In this document: piece by piece, positions 18,348 to 26,444 of the stretch
How positions within the stretch are numbered: position 1 is the first letter of the stretch
Layout of the letters: the number at the start of each line of letters is the position of its first letter
Source of the DNA: Phycisphaerae bacterium
GTDB taxonomy: Bacteria; Planctomycetota; Phycisphaerae; SM23-33
Length of the DNA stretch: 64,000 nucleotides
NCBI GenBank assembly: GCA_046541875.1
Contig: JBKHCL010000003.1
Coordinates: 598-64,597 of the forward strand
Direction: 5' to 3'
Notes under the pieces: model-generated
Told to the model about the DNA's origin: nothing
Database searches by the model: none
Seen by the model: only the letters and a program-made list of their open reading frames with translations
Position numbers and translations under genes: made by a program

Positions 18348-20243
18348 ATGACACCGAAGAAACGCGCTGTTTTCGCGATCGTTACCGTGGCTGCCGGCCT
18401 TGGAGCATTCACCACCCCGGCGTTGTCAGGGCAGGAGTTTGCCGTCGGCGTGACGCACCTGGGCCGATCCCTCAACGGGCAGACGGAGGTACCGGCCGGG
18501 CTGTTCGGCACGCACCACTATCCGCTCAGCGAGGAGCGGGTGAAGGAATGGAACATCGAACTGGAGCGGAAGATCTTCTGGCACCTCAATACCAAGCCCG
18601 TCGTGCCCAAGAAGACGCCCCTGTTCATCGAATGCTTCTTCGACCGCTATCAGCCCGCCCTCGTGCTGACCAAGCGCGACGACTGGAAGGAGTACATCGT
18701 CAACTCGGCCACCAAGTACGCCCAGGCCGCCAAAACCACCGGCCACGACCACATCGTGGAGTTCTGGAACGAGCCCTACCTCAACTGGGCATGCAAGCCC
18801 GGCGTGAACTACGACGGGCGATTCTACAAGACCGACGACGCCAAGCCCGGCGGCCGGGTGACCATCAAAGGACACGACAAACCCACCGAGTATCTCGTGT
18901 GGGATCGCAAGAAGAAGCTCGCCTGGCGCAACGGCCAGGTAGACTACGTCCGCACGCGGTACATCCCCAAGGACAAGCAGGTCGGCGACGTGTGGAAGCA
19001 GGGCAGCCGCGAGTACAAGATCATCGAACGCTGGTGGGCCAAGGACACCACCCAGAAGCACTACTGGTCCGGCAAGCAGAGCGTGAAATGGTACCTGCAG
19101 ATGTTCAAGCCCTTCGCGAAGACCATCAAGACCGTCAATCCGGACGTGACGGTCCTGGGCGGCTGGGGTTTCAACATCTACAACGAGGGGTGGGACTCGT
19201 GGCGCGTGCTGTACAAGCCGCTGATCGATGAATGTCACCCGTGGATGGACGGCATCCACGAACACCACTACGGCGGCGACACGCGCAGGGTGGCCGCCAG
19301 CTACGAAACCGCCTACGCCTACGCCCTGGGCACCTACGGCAAGAAGCTGCGGTTCTACAACACCGAGACCTCCGGCTGGGCCGACCCCCAGCAGCCCACC
19401 GCCAGGCCGAACCCCAGCGGCAAGGAAGAATCCCACCGCCGGGGCGCGTCGATGTACCTCATGCGGGACATCACGTACCTCATCGCCGTCTGTCCGGACA
19501 AGGCCGCCTCTCGAACCGCCCACTACTGGGGCAACCCCAAGCTCGATTCGATCGGCTTCAAGGCGCTCGCGAAGCTGCGCGGCAAGCTGCTGCACGTCAG
19601 CAACGGGCTCATGCAGGACATGTGGACCGTCGCCAGCTACGACCAGAAGAACAACCGTGTTTGTGCGGTGGTCTTCTACGACAACCCCGACGGACTCGAG
19701 TTTCCCTTCCACATCCAGGCCCCGATGGGCACGAAGATCAAGGCCGCCCGCATGCTGGTGCCGAAGATCGCCGATGGGGCATACCAGCTCGTCGAGAGCA
19801 AGCTCAAGCACAAGACCGCGTCGCTGTCCCATCGCATCAAGACCGACGGCAAGACGGTGCGCGTCTTCCTGCTGGACCTCGAAGGCCAAGCCGACAAGCT
19901 CAAGCACGTTGTGGAGCAGCAGTACGTCTCCAAGGATGTCGTCACGTCGCTCAAGCCCGGCGCGTCGATGAAGACGAGCATCAAGATTCCGGCCAGGCAA
20001 CTGGCGACCAGGCCGACAGCGCGCCTCCGCATCTGTCAGGAAGGCGCGAAAGGTCGGTCGCTCACGGTGAAGGTCAACGGGAAGGAATGTGAATTCGGCG
20101 CCCTGCAAGCCCCCATCGCGGAGTATCCGCTGGGCTCGGCCGACGACGTCCTACAGGCCGACAACACCATCGAGATCACCGCCGGCGACAAGGGTGCCCT
20201 GGTGACCGCGGTGAGCGTGATCCTGACCCATTCGCCGAACTGA
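18348..20243 (+). CDS. Secreted glycoside hydrolase, clan GH-A (NEP acid/base and TE nucleophile-like motifs), family undetermined
   Basis: AGGAGG RBS and signal peptide MTPKKRAVFAIVTVAAGLGAFTTPALS. Motifs IVEFWNEPYLNW, HEHHYGG and RFYNTETSGW match the paralog at 26445-29228 (EVWNEPFMW, TEHHYFG, IYNTECN). Confidence 0.8.
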   Translation: MTPKKRAVFAIVTVAAGLGAFTTPALSGQEFAVGVTHLGRSLNGQTEVPAGLFGTHHYPLSEERVKEWNIELERKIFWHLNTKPVVPKKTPLFIECFFDRYQPALVLTKRDDWKEYIVNSATKYAQAAKTTGHDHIVEFWNEPYLNWACKPGVNYDGRFYKTDDAKPGGRVTIKGHDKPTEYLVWDRKKKLAWRNGQVDYVRTRYIPKDKQVGDVWKQGSREYKIIERWWAKDTTQKHYWSGKQSVKWYLQMFKPFAKTIKTVNPDVTVLGGWGFNIYNEGWDSWRVLYKPLIDECHPWMDGIHEHHYGGDTRRVAASYETAYAYALGTYGKKLRFYNTETSGWADPQQPTARPNPSGKEESHRRGASMYLMRDITYLIAVCPDKAASRTAHYWGNPKLDSIGFKALAKLRGKLLHVSNGLMQDMWTVASYDQKNNRVCAVVFYDNPDGLEFPFHIQAPMGTKIKAARMLVPKIADGAYQLVESKLKHKTASLSHRIKTDGKTVRVFLLDLEGQADKLKHVVEQQYVSKDVVTSLKPGASMKTSIKIPARQLATRPTARLRICQEGAKGRSLTVKVNGKECEFGALQAPIAEYPLGSADDVLQADNTIEITAGDKGALVTAVSVILTHSPN

Positions 20244-20359
20244 TCCACGCTGGCGAGCCCCGTCTCGGCGAGATACAATCAGCCCATCGACGCATTCTCA
20301 CCCTCGGGCCTGGTGCTCGGGGGTGAGTGTATTTCCGTTTCCACAACGAGGACGTGACG

Positions 20360-23260
20360 ATGCACCTGGATCTTAACGGCCCGTGGCAGTGCGGGCTGGA
20401 CCGTCAATACGACCGGACCGCAACCGTGCCCGGGCTGGCGGGCGACCCGGCGGTGGTCACGCCCGGTGAGCTGTGGTATCGCCGCGAGGTGCATCTGCCC
20501 GAGGGCGAATGGACCCGGGCGACGCTTCGTCTCAACGGGGCACGCTTCGCCCCGCGCGTGTACGTGGATGGAGAGCAGGTCTCCGCGTCGGCCGGTGGAA
20601 TGGCCCCGACGCTCCACCGCCTGGAGCACCCCGCCGTGAAGCCCGGGGCAACCGTCACGTTGGAGATCGCCCTGACGAACCTGGACGACCTGCCGACCGA
20701 CGACGCCTCGCGCATCCCGGGGGCGGACCGCTGGCGGAGCAACATCTCCTCGTGCATCTGGGACGACGTCACGCTCATCACCCACCGCGACGCGTGGATT
20801 CGCCGGATCGACGCGAACCCCGACCTCGTCAGCCGATGCGTCGAGCTGACCTGGGACGTCGAAACGCTCGAAGATGGCCAACCGCGGGTGATCGAGTTCC
20901 GCCTGCAGGACGCCGACGGCGTGTTCGTTGCCGATTCCCGTTTCATGCTCGAAGGCCCGTGCGGCAGCGGCGTGATGGAGCTGCCCGAGCACGTCGAGAC
21001 CTGGTCGCCCGAGCATCCGACGCTCTACCGCCTGGAAGCCGCCGTCTTCGACGACGATGGCGCTATGGATGTCCGTCGGCGGAACCTTGGCCTGCGGACC
21101 TTCGAGGTCGACGGAAAGCGCTTCAAACTCAACGGGCGCGATGTGACGTTCCGGTCCGGCTCGGTGGTCTGGCACCGCTGGGTGCGGGATCCGGAATCGC
21201 ACGACCTCGCCTGGGACCTGGAATGGTTCGAGCAGAATGTCGCCCGTCGCCTGCTGTCTCACGGCGCCAACGGTCTGCGGTTCCACCTGGGCAGCCCGCC
21301 GGAGGCGTTTCTGGACCTCTGCGACCGGCTCGGGCTGCTGGTACAGGCTGAATGGCTGTTCTTCCACGGGATGAAGGCGTCGCGCGAGAGCCTCATCGAG
21401 CAGTGGGCCGCCTGGCTGGACCTCTGCCGCCGACACCCGTGCGTGGTCATTCACCACCCCTGGAACGAGACCGAGGGCGACGAGCTGAACACCGCGTTCT
21501 CGGCGATCGAGGAGCTTTCGGAGCAGTATCCGCCGCTGGTGATTTCCCATCGCGACGTTCTGCACATTCACAAATACTGGTGGAGCATGTTCGAGAACGT
21601 GGGGGTCTACTACGACGACGCCGAGCAGTTCTCCCAGCCGATCGTGGCCGACGAGTTCGGCGGCAACTACCTCGACGGGTGGTGCAACCCGGGGTTCTAC
21701 CCGGCCCTGCGGGGCAGCTTCCTGCGCTTCCTCGGGGTCAAGCAGACCGCCGCAGACCGCCTCTGGCTGCACACCGAAGCGAACGCCCGGATCGCCGAAT
21801 ATTGGCGACGGATCGGGGCGGCGGGATTCAGCCCGTTCTGCATTCTCGGCCCGCCGGAGGACGGCAACCACCACTTCCTGGGTCCGTTGGCGGAAGGCAA
21901 CCCCAAGCCCGTCTGGGACGCCCTGACCGCAGCGTATTCGCCGCGCAGCGTGAGCTTGGAGATCTGGGACCGCAACTATCGGCCGGGCGAGTTGGCCCGC
22001 GCGACGCTGCACCTGCTGAACGAGTGCGACCAGGCCCACAGACTGCCCATCGCCTGCCGCGTGGTGAACCAGACCACCGGCGAGTTCACCGGCGAGCAGA
22101 CGCTCGAACTCACGCTGCCTCCCAACTGCTCGGCCTTTGAGGACATCCAGCTTCAACTGCCCGCCGAGCCAGGCCAATACCGACTGCAGGCAGAGCTGAC
22201 CGACCCGCCCGAGACGGTGACCCACCGGGTGATCTCGCACTGGGACGTGCAGACGTTCTGGCCGGTCGTGCCCGACGGCGTTCGCTCAGCTACCGTGGGG
22301 CTCTGTGGCGACGAAAACGAACTCCGCGCGTTCTGCGAGTCGCTGGGAATCGTCACGGCCGAGGCGACCGATCCGTCGGTGGACGTGATCCTCACCGGAC
22401 AATCCTGCTGGAACCGCATCGCAGCCGGCGGGTGCAACGGGGCGGGGCTGGCTGCGGCGATCGATCGCCAAGCCGGCGTGGTCATGCTGGACGTGGGCCC
22501 GCGCGAGCTGGGGCAGGGCTACCTGGACGGTGACGACCTGGGACCGCTGCAGGGGGGCATGTACATCGCGCACCCCGACGCGGAGGAGTATCCCGTCGTC
22601 AAGGGCGTGAAGCTGCGGTTCGGCGAGCTGCCCGAGCCCGAGTCGCACATTCACCCAGCCCCGGCGGGCGAGCCGCTCTGGTGGAACCTGCCGCGCCGGG
22701 CCACCTGGTTGTGGAACGGCCTGCGGGGCGGGCTGATCGTACCCGCCCGCGACATGGAGGCGCAGGGTCTGCAGGCCGAGGCGCTGCTGGCCACGTGGAC
22801 AGCCCGCGGCGCGGACGCCGCTGCCATCCGCGCCGGCGACTACCACGCATACGAATTGGCCGGCCAATACGCATTCTCCGTCGGCGAAAGCGACGAAGTG
22901 CCCCGCGAATTGCGCCGTCGCGTGCAGTTCCTGGTGGACGACGCGCCCGCGCTGGCCGGCGCGATCAACCCGCACGCCGAGATCCTCCACCACGATCTTT
23001 CCGCGATGCTCGCCGCCGGCGACCAAGGCCAGGCCCGCACGCTCACCCCGCTGGTGAGGGCGGGAAAGGACCTCGTTCGAACTCCGGTGATCGAGATCGA
23101 ATTCGCCCCGGGGCAAGGCCGACTGATCTGCTCGCAACTGCTCACCGCCGGGCGACTGGCGGAGGGGTTCGGCAGCGAAGGACCGTTCGGCCTGCGGACC
23201 GACCCAGGCGCGCAGCAGCTTACGCTGAACCTGCTGGCCCGCGCGCTGCAACGAAGCTGA
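20360..23260 (+). CDS. Glycoside hydrolase family 2 (beta-mannosidase/beta-galactosidase-like), cytoplasmic
   Basis: N-terminal sugar-binding-domain pattern LNGPWQ...WYRREV. TIM-barrel acid/base region VIHHPWNETEG (the NE motif of GH2). GAGGA RBS before the ATG at 20360; the track ORF begins at GTG 20327. The last 144 bp of the gene are duplicated at 23911-24054. Confidence 0.85.
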   Translation: MHLDLNGPWQCGLDRQYDRTATVPGLAGDPAVVTPGELWYRREVHLPEGEWTRATLRLNGARFAPRVYVDGEQVSASAGGMAPTLHRLEHPAVKPGATVTLEIALTNLDDLPTDDASRIPGADRWRSNISSCIWDDVTLITHRDAWIRRIDANPDLVSRCVELTWDVETLEDGQPRVIEFRLQDADGVFVADSRFMLEGPCGSGVMELPEHVETWSPEHPTLYRLEAAVFDDDGAMDVRRRNLGLRTFEVDGKRFKLNGRDVTFRSGSVVWHRWVRDPESHDLAWDLEWFEQNVARRLLSHGANGLRFHLGSPPEAFLDLCDRLGLLVQAEWLFFHGMKASRESLIEQWAAWLDLCRRHPCVVIHHPWNETEGDELNTAFSAIEELSEQYPPLVISHRDVLHIHKYWWSMFENVGVYYDDAEQFSQPIVADEFGGNYLDGWCNPGFYPALRGSFLRFLGVKQTAADRLWLHTEANARIAEYWRRIGAAGFSPFCILGPPEDGNHHFLGPLAEGNPKPVWDALTAAYSPRSVSLEIWDRNYRPGELARATLHLLNECDQAHRLPIACRVVNQTTGEFTGEQTLELTLPPNCSAFEDIQLQLPAEPGQYRLQAELTDPPETVTHRVISHWDVQTFWPVVPDGVRSATVGLCGDENELRAFCESLGIVTAEATDPSVDVILTGQSCWNRIAAGGCNGAGLAAAIDRQAGVVMLDVGPRELGQGYLDGDDLGPLQGGMYIAHPDAEEYPVVKGVKLRFGELPEPESHIHPAPAGEPLWWNLPRRATWLWNGLRGGLIVPARDMEAQGLQAEALLATWTARGADAAAIRAGDYHAYELAGQYAFSVGESDEVPRELRRRVQFLVDDAPALAGAINPHAEILHHDLSAMLAAGDQGQARTLTPLVRAGKDLVRTPVIEIEFAPGQGRLICSQLLTAGRLAEGFGSEGPFGLRTDPGAQQLTLNLLARALQRS
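23117..23260. repeat. 144-bp perfect direct repeat, copy 1 (3' end of the GH2 gene, including its stop)
   Basis: The sequence GGCCGACTGATCTGCTCGCAACTG...CTGCAACGAAGCTGA recurs base-for-base at 23911-24054, as read directly from the sequence. Confidence 0.9.
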
Positions 23261-23365
23261 GATGCGAGGATGCGACAAGAAAATGTTGGCTCTGAAAACT
23301 GGGTGGCGGTCTAATCAGGTGCATGTCGCGATGGCATATATCTCCGACAGGGAAAGGAATAGAGG

Positions 23366-23725
23366 ATGACGGAAGTTCAGCAGGATCAAGGAAAACGCCG
23401 TGGCCCGGGATTTGTGTTGGCCGTGGTGGCACTGGTGCTTGGAGTAGTCGGCATGGCTGTCTCGGCCATGTCCTTCATCATGAGGGGCCCGGCGATAGTC
23501 GGCGGGCCGTTGGCGGTGATCTCCCTGATTGTCGCGATAGTGTCGTTGGTGATGGGCGCCAAGGGCAGGCGAGGTGCGGCGAGGATTGCCTTGGCTGTGT
23601 CGCTCCTGGCGATCTTTGTAAGCTTCTCGGCAGTGGTGGTCGAATGGCACCGCACAGCCAACGAGGCCGCCCAGCGGTGGCAGAAAGCCAAGGAGAGCGA
23701 AGGCGTCAGCCCTGACGACCTGTGA
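23366..23725 (+). CDS. Small integral membrane protein (119 aa, ~3 TM; DUF4190-like Gly/Ala-rich helices)
   Basis: AGGAATAGAGG RBS. Three hydrophobic helices followed by a charged tail. Lies in a ~650-bp lower-GC (~58%) segment bounded by the 144-bp direct repeats. A hairpin with a T-rich run follows the stop. Confidence 0.65.
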   Translation: MTEVQQDQGKRRGPGFVLAVVALVLGVVGMAVSAMSFIMRGPAIVGGPLAVISLIVAIVSLVMGAKGRRGAARIALAVSLLAIFVSFSAVVVEWHRTANEAAQRWQKAKESEGVSPDDL

Positions 23726-23910
23726 CCTGGCCATGAAAAAGTCCACTGGCGGACGACACTTTTCTTCCGGTGATTGGCCGCTGAAAGCGTGGGTGATTCT
23801 GGTACGTTTTGCGTGTGTCGTTGGGGTTCTCACGCCTGTCCCGCTGGCGTCGAGACCTTGAGAAACCGGCAACCCATGGTATGGCTGGTGTTGTCGGTGC
23901 TTGCTGCCAG

Positions 23911-24054
23911 GGCCGACTGATCTGCTCGCAACTGCTCACCGCCGGGCGACTGGCGGAGGGGTTCGGCAGCGAAGGACCGTTCGGCCTGCGGACCGACCCA
24001 GGCGCGCAGCAGCTTACGCTGAACCTGCTGGCCCGCGCGCTGCAACGAAGCTGA
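23911..24054. repeat. 144-bp perfect direct repeat, copy 2
   Basis: Identical to 23117-23260. It creates a chimeric track ORF (23809-24054) whose C-terminal 47 aa equal the GH2 C-terminus. Confidence 0.9.
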
Positions 24055-24077
24055 GGACCCCCAACCCCCAACTGAGG

Positions 24078-26441
24078 ATGACGATGAACCTGGACAACGG
24101 ACATTTCTCCGCCGACGGCAGAGAGTACATCATCACCGACCCCCACACGCCCCGGCCGTGGCATAATTACCTGGTCAACCGCGTGTATCTCGCGAACATT
24201 ACGCAGTACGGGAGCGGGGCGAGCTTCTATCAGCCCACCGGCGAGGGGCTCCGCGCGAACGTTACCGAAGACCCCGACGGCTCCGGCGGCCCGCGTGCGG
24301 TGTATCTGCGCGATAACGACACGGGCGAGTACTGGTCGCTGACCGGTTGGCCGGGTTGCGAACCAATGGAGCAATGGACCTGCCGCATCGGGTTGGGCTA
24401 TCAGGTGAACACATCGAGGCGGTCGGGCATCGAGGCGTCGTGGCGGGTGTTCGTCCCGCAGACCGACGACCCGTGCGAGCTGTGGACGGTGATCGTGACC
24501 AATCGCTCGGATCGGGCGCGACGGATCAGCGCGATCCCCTACGTCGAGATGCACCTCACCGGCGGCAGCACGCTGATGGACTTCATCTCCGTGCTTGGAG
24601 GTCATTACGACCCGGAGCACCGGGCCGTGTTCGGGATCAACTCGTGCGTGAAGTTTCCGGACATGTTCAAAGCGGTCTTCGCCAGCGACTCGCCCGTCGC
24701 CGGCGCCACCGTCAGCCGAGATGAGTTCATGGGCCATTATCGCGACTGCCGAAACCCGCTGGCGGTGGAGCGTGGCGACGTGCACAACCCCCAGGCGGGA
24801 ACCGAATGGCTGGGCGCGTCGCTGCGTCACGAACTGGAGCTCGCCCCGGGCGAGTCAGCCACCATTCACCTGGTCCTGGGCGTGGTCGACAGCGTCGAGT
24901 CGGGAAAGGCGATGGCGAGCAAATACCTCACCGACGGCGCCGTCGGCCGAGAGTACGACGCCTTGCGAGACCGGGCCGAGGGACTGGTCTCGCGCACGAC
25001 CGTCGCCACCGGCGATGAGCAGTTCGACCGCTGGATGAACGTCTGGCTGAAACATCAGTTGGCGTTCGTCGCCCGATGGGGCCGGGTCATCGGCCGGGGG
25101 TTCCGCGACATTCTGCAGGACACGATGGCCCACCGCATCACCGAGCCCGACGTCGCGCGGGACTGCCTGCTGGAGGTGTTCTCCAAGCAGTTTCCCTCGG
25201 GCAAGTGCATCCGCGCATGGCGGCTGCCGACGGGCATCCTGGACCTGCAGGACTACGCCGACTCGCCCAGTTGGATGATCATGGCCCTGTCGATGTACCT
25301 CAAGGAGACCGGCGACTTCTCCGTGCTGGACGAGTCGGTCCCGTTCCTGAACCCGGACGACCCCTACGCCGAGTCGACCTCCGGCGCCAGCGTCTGGGAG
25401 CACGTGGTCCTCGCCCAACGATACCTGCTGGCCGAGCGGGGCGAGCACGGACTCAGCAAGATCTACTACGGCGACTGGTGCGACACGCTCAACGGCGTGG
25501 GTGTGCGGGGACGCGGCGAAAGCGTGATGCTCTCAATGCAGGTCAAGTGGGGATGCGACCAACTCTCGGAACTGGCCGATCGGCGCGGCGACGAGGCGCT
25601 CGCGCGCGAGATGGCCGACGCATCGGCACAGCTCGACGAAGCGATCAACACCCGCGCCTGGGACGGGGAGTGGTATCTCCGCGCGTTCGACGACGACGCC
25701 GTGCCCGTGGGTACGAGCAATCCGCCGGCCGAGGACGAGGGCGAGGGGACGATCTTCCTGAACCCGCAGAGCTGGGCGCTGATCGCCGGGGTCGCCGACG
25801 ACGCCCGTGCCCACTCGGCCATCGCCGCTGTCCGCGAGCAACTGGACACCGGATACGGAAAGGTGCTCAACGCGCCGGCCTACACGCAGCTTCGCCCACG
25901 CATCGGGCAGATGTCGGCCATGACGCCGGGCTTCTACGAAAACGGAAGCGTGTACGTACACGGCAACTGCTTCTGGCTGTACGCGCTGGCCGTCGCGGGG
26001 CGGGGCGGCGAGGCGTGGGACGCCATCCGCGACATCCTGCCCGACACGCCCAATAAGCCCAATACCGACACCGAACCGTTCGTGATTCCCAACTACTACA
26101 TCGGGCCCAACGTCGAACGGCGCAGACAGCGCAACCTCTACCTCTCCGGCTGGCGGACCGGGTCGGCCGCCTGGATCTACTTCACCTGCCTCGAAGAAAT
26201 CCTCGGCCTGCGGGCGGAGTACGACGGGCTCGCGATCGATCCGCACCTGCCCGAGGGGTGGACGAATGTCTCGGCCACTCGGCCGTTCCGGGGCGATACC
26301 TATCGGATCACCCTCGAAAGCACCGGACAAACCGGGGCAGCCGTCCGGCGGATCACGATGAACGGCAAACCCGTCGACGGGACGGTCATTCCGCCCGTCG
26401 GTGATGGCGGCACGCACAAGGTGCACGTCACGCTGGGCTGA
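24078..26441 (+). CDS. Glycoside hydrolase family 94 phosphorylase (cellobiose/cellodextrin/chitobiose phosphorylase-like)
   Basis: N-terminus NGHFSADGREYIITDPHTPRPWHNYL parallels cellobiose phosphorylase (FDD..REYVITTPHTPYPWINYL). Internal YLKETGDFSVLDESVPF matches CBP YIKETGDFSILDEPVPF. C-terminal EYDGLAIDPHLP parallels EYDGLVVDPQIG. Start at ATG 24078 or 24084, with GAGGA adjacent. Confidence 0.85.
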   Translation: MTMNLDNGHFSADGREYIITDPHTPRPWHNYLVNRVYLANITQYGSGASFYQPTGEGLRANVTEDPDGSGGPRAVYLRDNDTGEYWSLTGWPGCEPMEQWTCRIGLGYQVNTSRRSGIEASWRVFVPQTDDPCELWTVIVTNRSDRARRISAIPYVEMHLTGGSTLMDFISVLGGHYDPEHRAVFGINSCVKFPDMFKAVFASDSPVAGATVSRDEFMGHYRDCRNPLAVERGDVHNPQAGTEWLGASLRHELELAPGESATIHLVLGVVDSVESGKAMASKYLTDGAVGREYDALRDRAEGLVSRTTVATGDEQFDRWMNVWLKHQLAFVARWGRVIGRGFRDILQDTMAHRITEPDVARDCLLEVFSKQFPSGKCIRAWRLPTGILDLQDYADSPSWMIMALSMYLKETGDFSVLDESVPFLNPDDPYAESTSGASVWEHVVLAQRYLLAERGEHGLSKIYYGDWCDTLNGVGVRGRGESVMLSMQVKWGCDQLSELADRRGDEALAREMADASAQLDEAINTRAWDGEWYLRAFDDDAVPVGTSNPPAEDEGEGTIFLNPQSWALIAGVADDARAHSAIAAVREQLDTGYGKVLNAPAYTQLRPRIGQMSAMTPGFYENGSVYVHGNCFWLYALAVAGRGGEAWDAIRDILPDTPNKPNTDTEPFVIPNYYIGPNVERRRQRNLYLSGWRTGSAAWIYFTCLEEILGLRAEYDGLAIDPHLPEGWTNVSATRPFRGDTYRITLESTGQTGAAVRRITMNGKPVDGTVIPPVGDGGTHKVHVTLG

Positions 26442-26444
26442 TTA

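Noticed and set aside
23809-24054. 81-aa track ORF overlapping repeat copy 2
   Set aside because: It is a chimeric by-product of the 144-bp duplication (a new N-terminus fused to the GH2 C-terminal 47 aa) with no RBS. Treated as a scar, not a gene.
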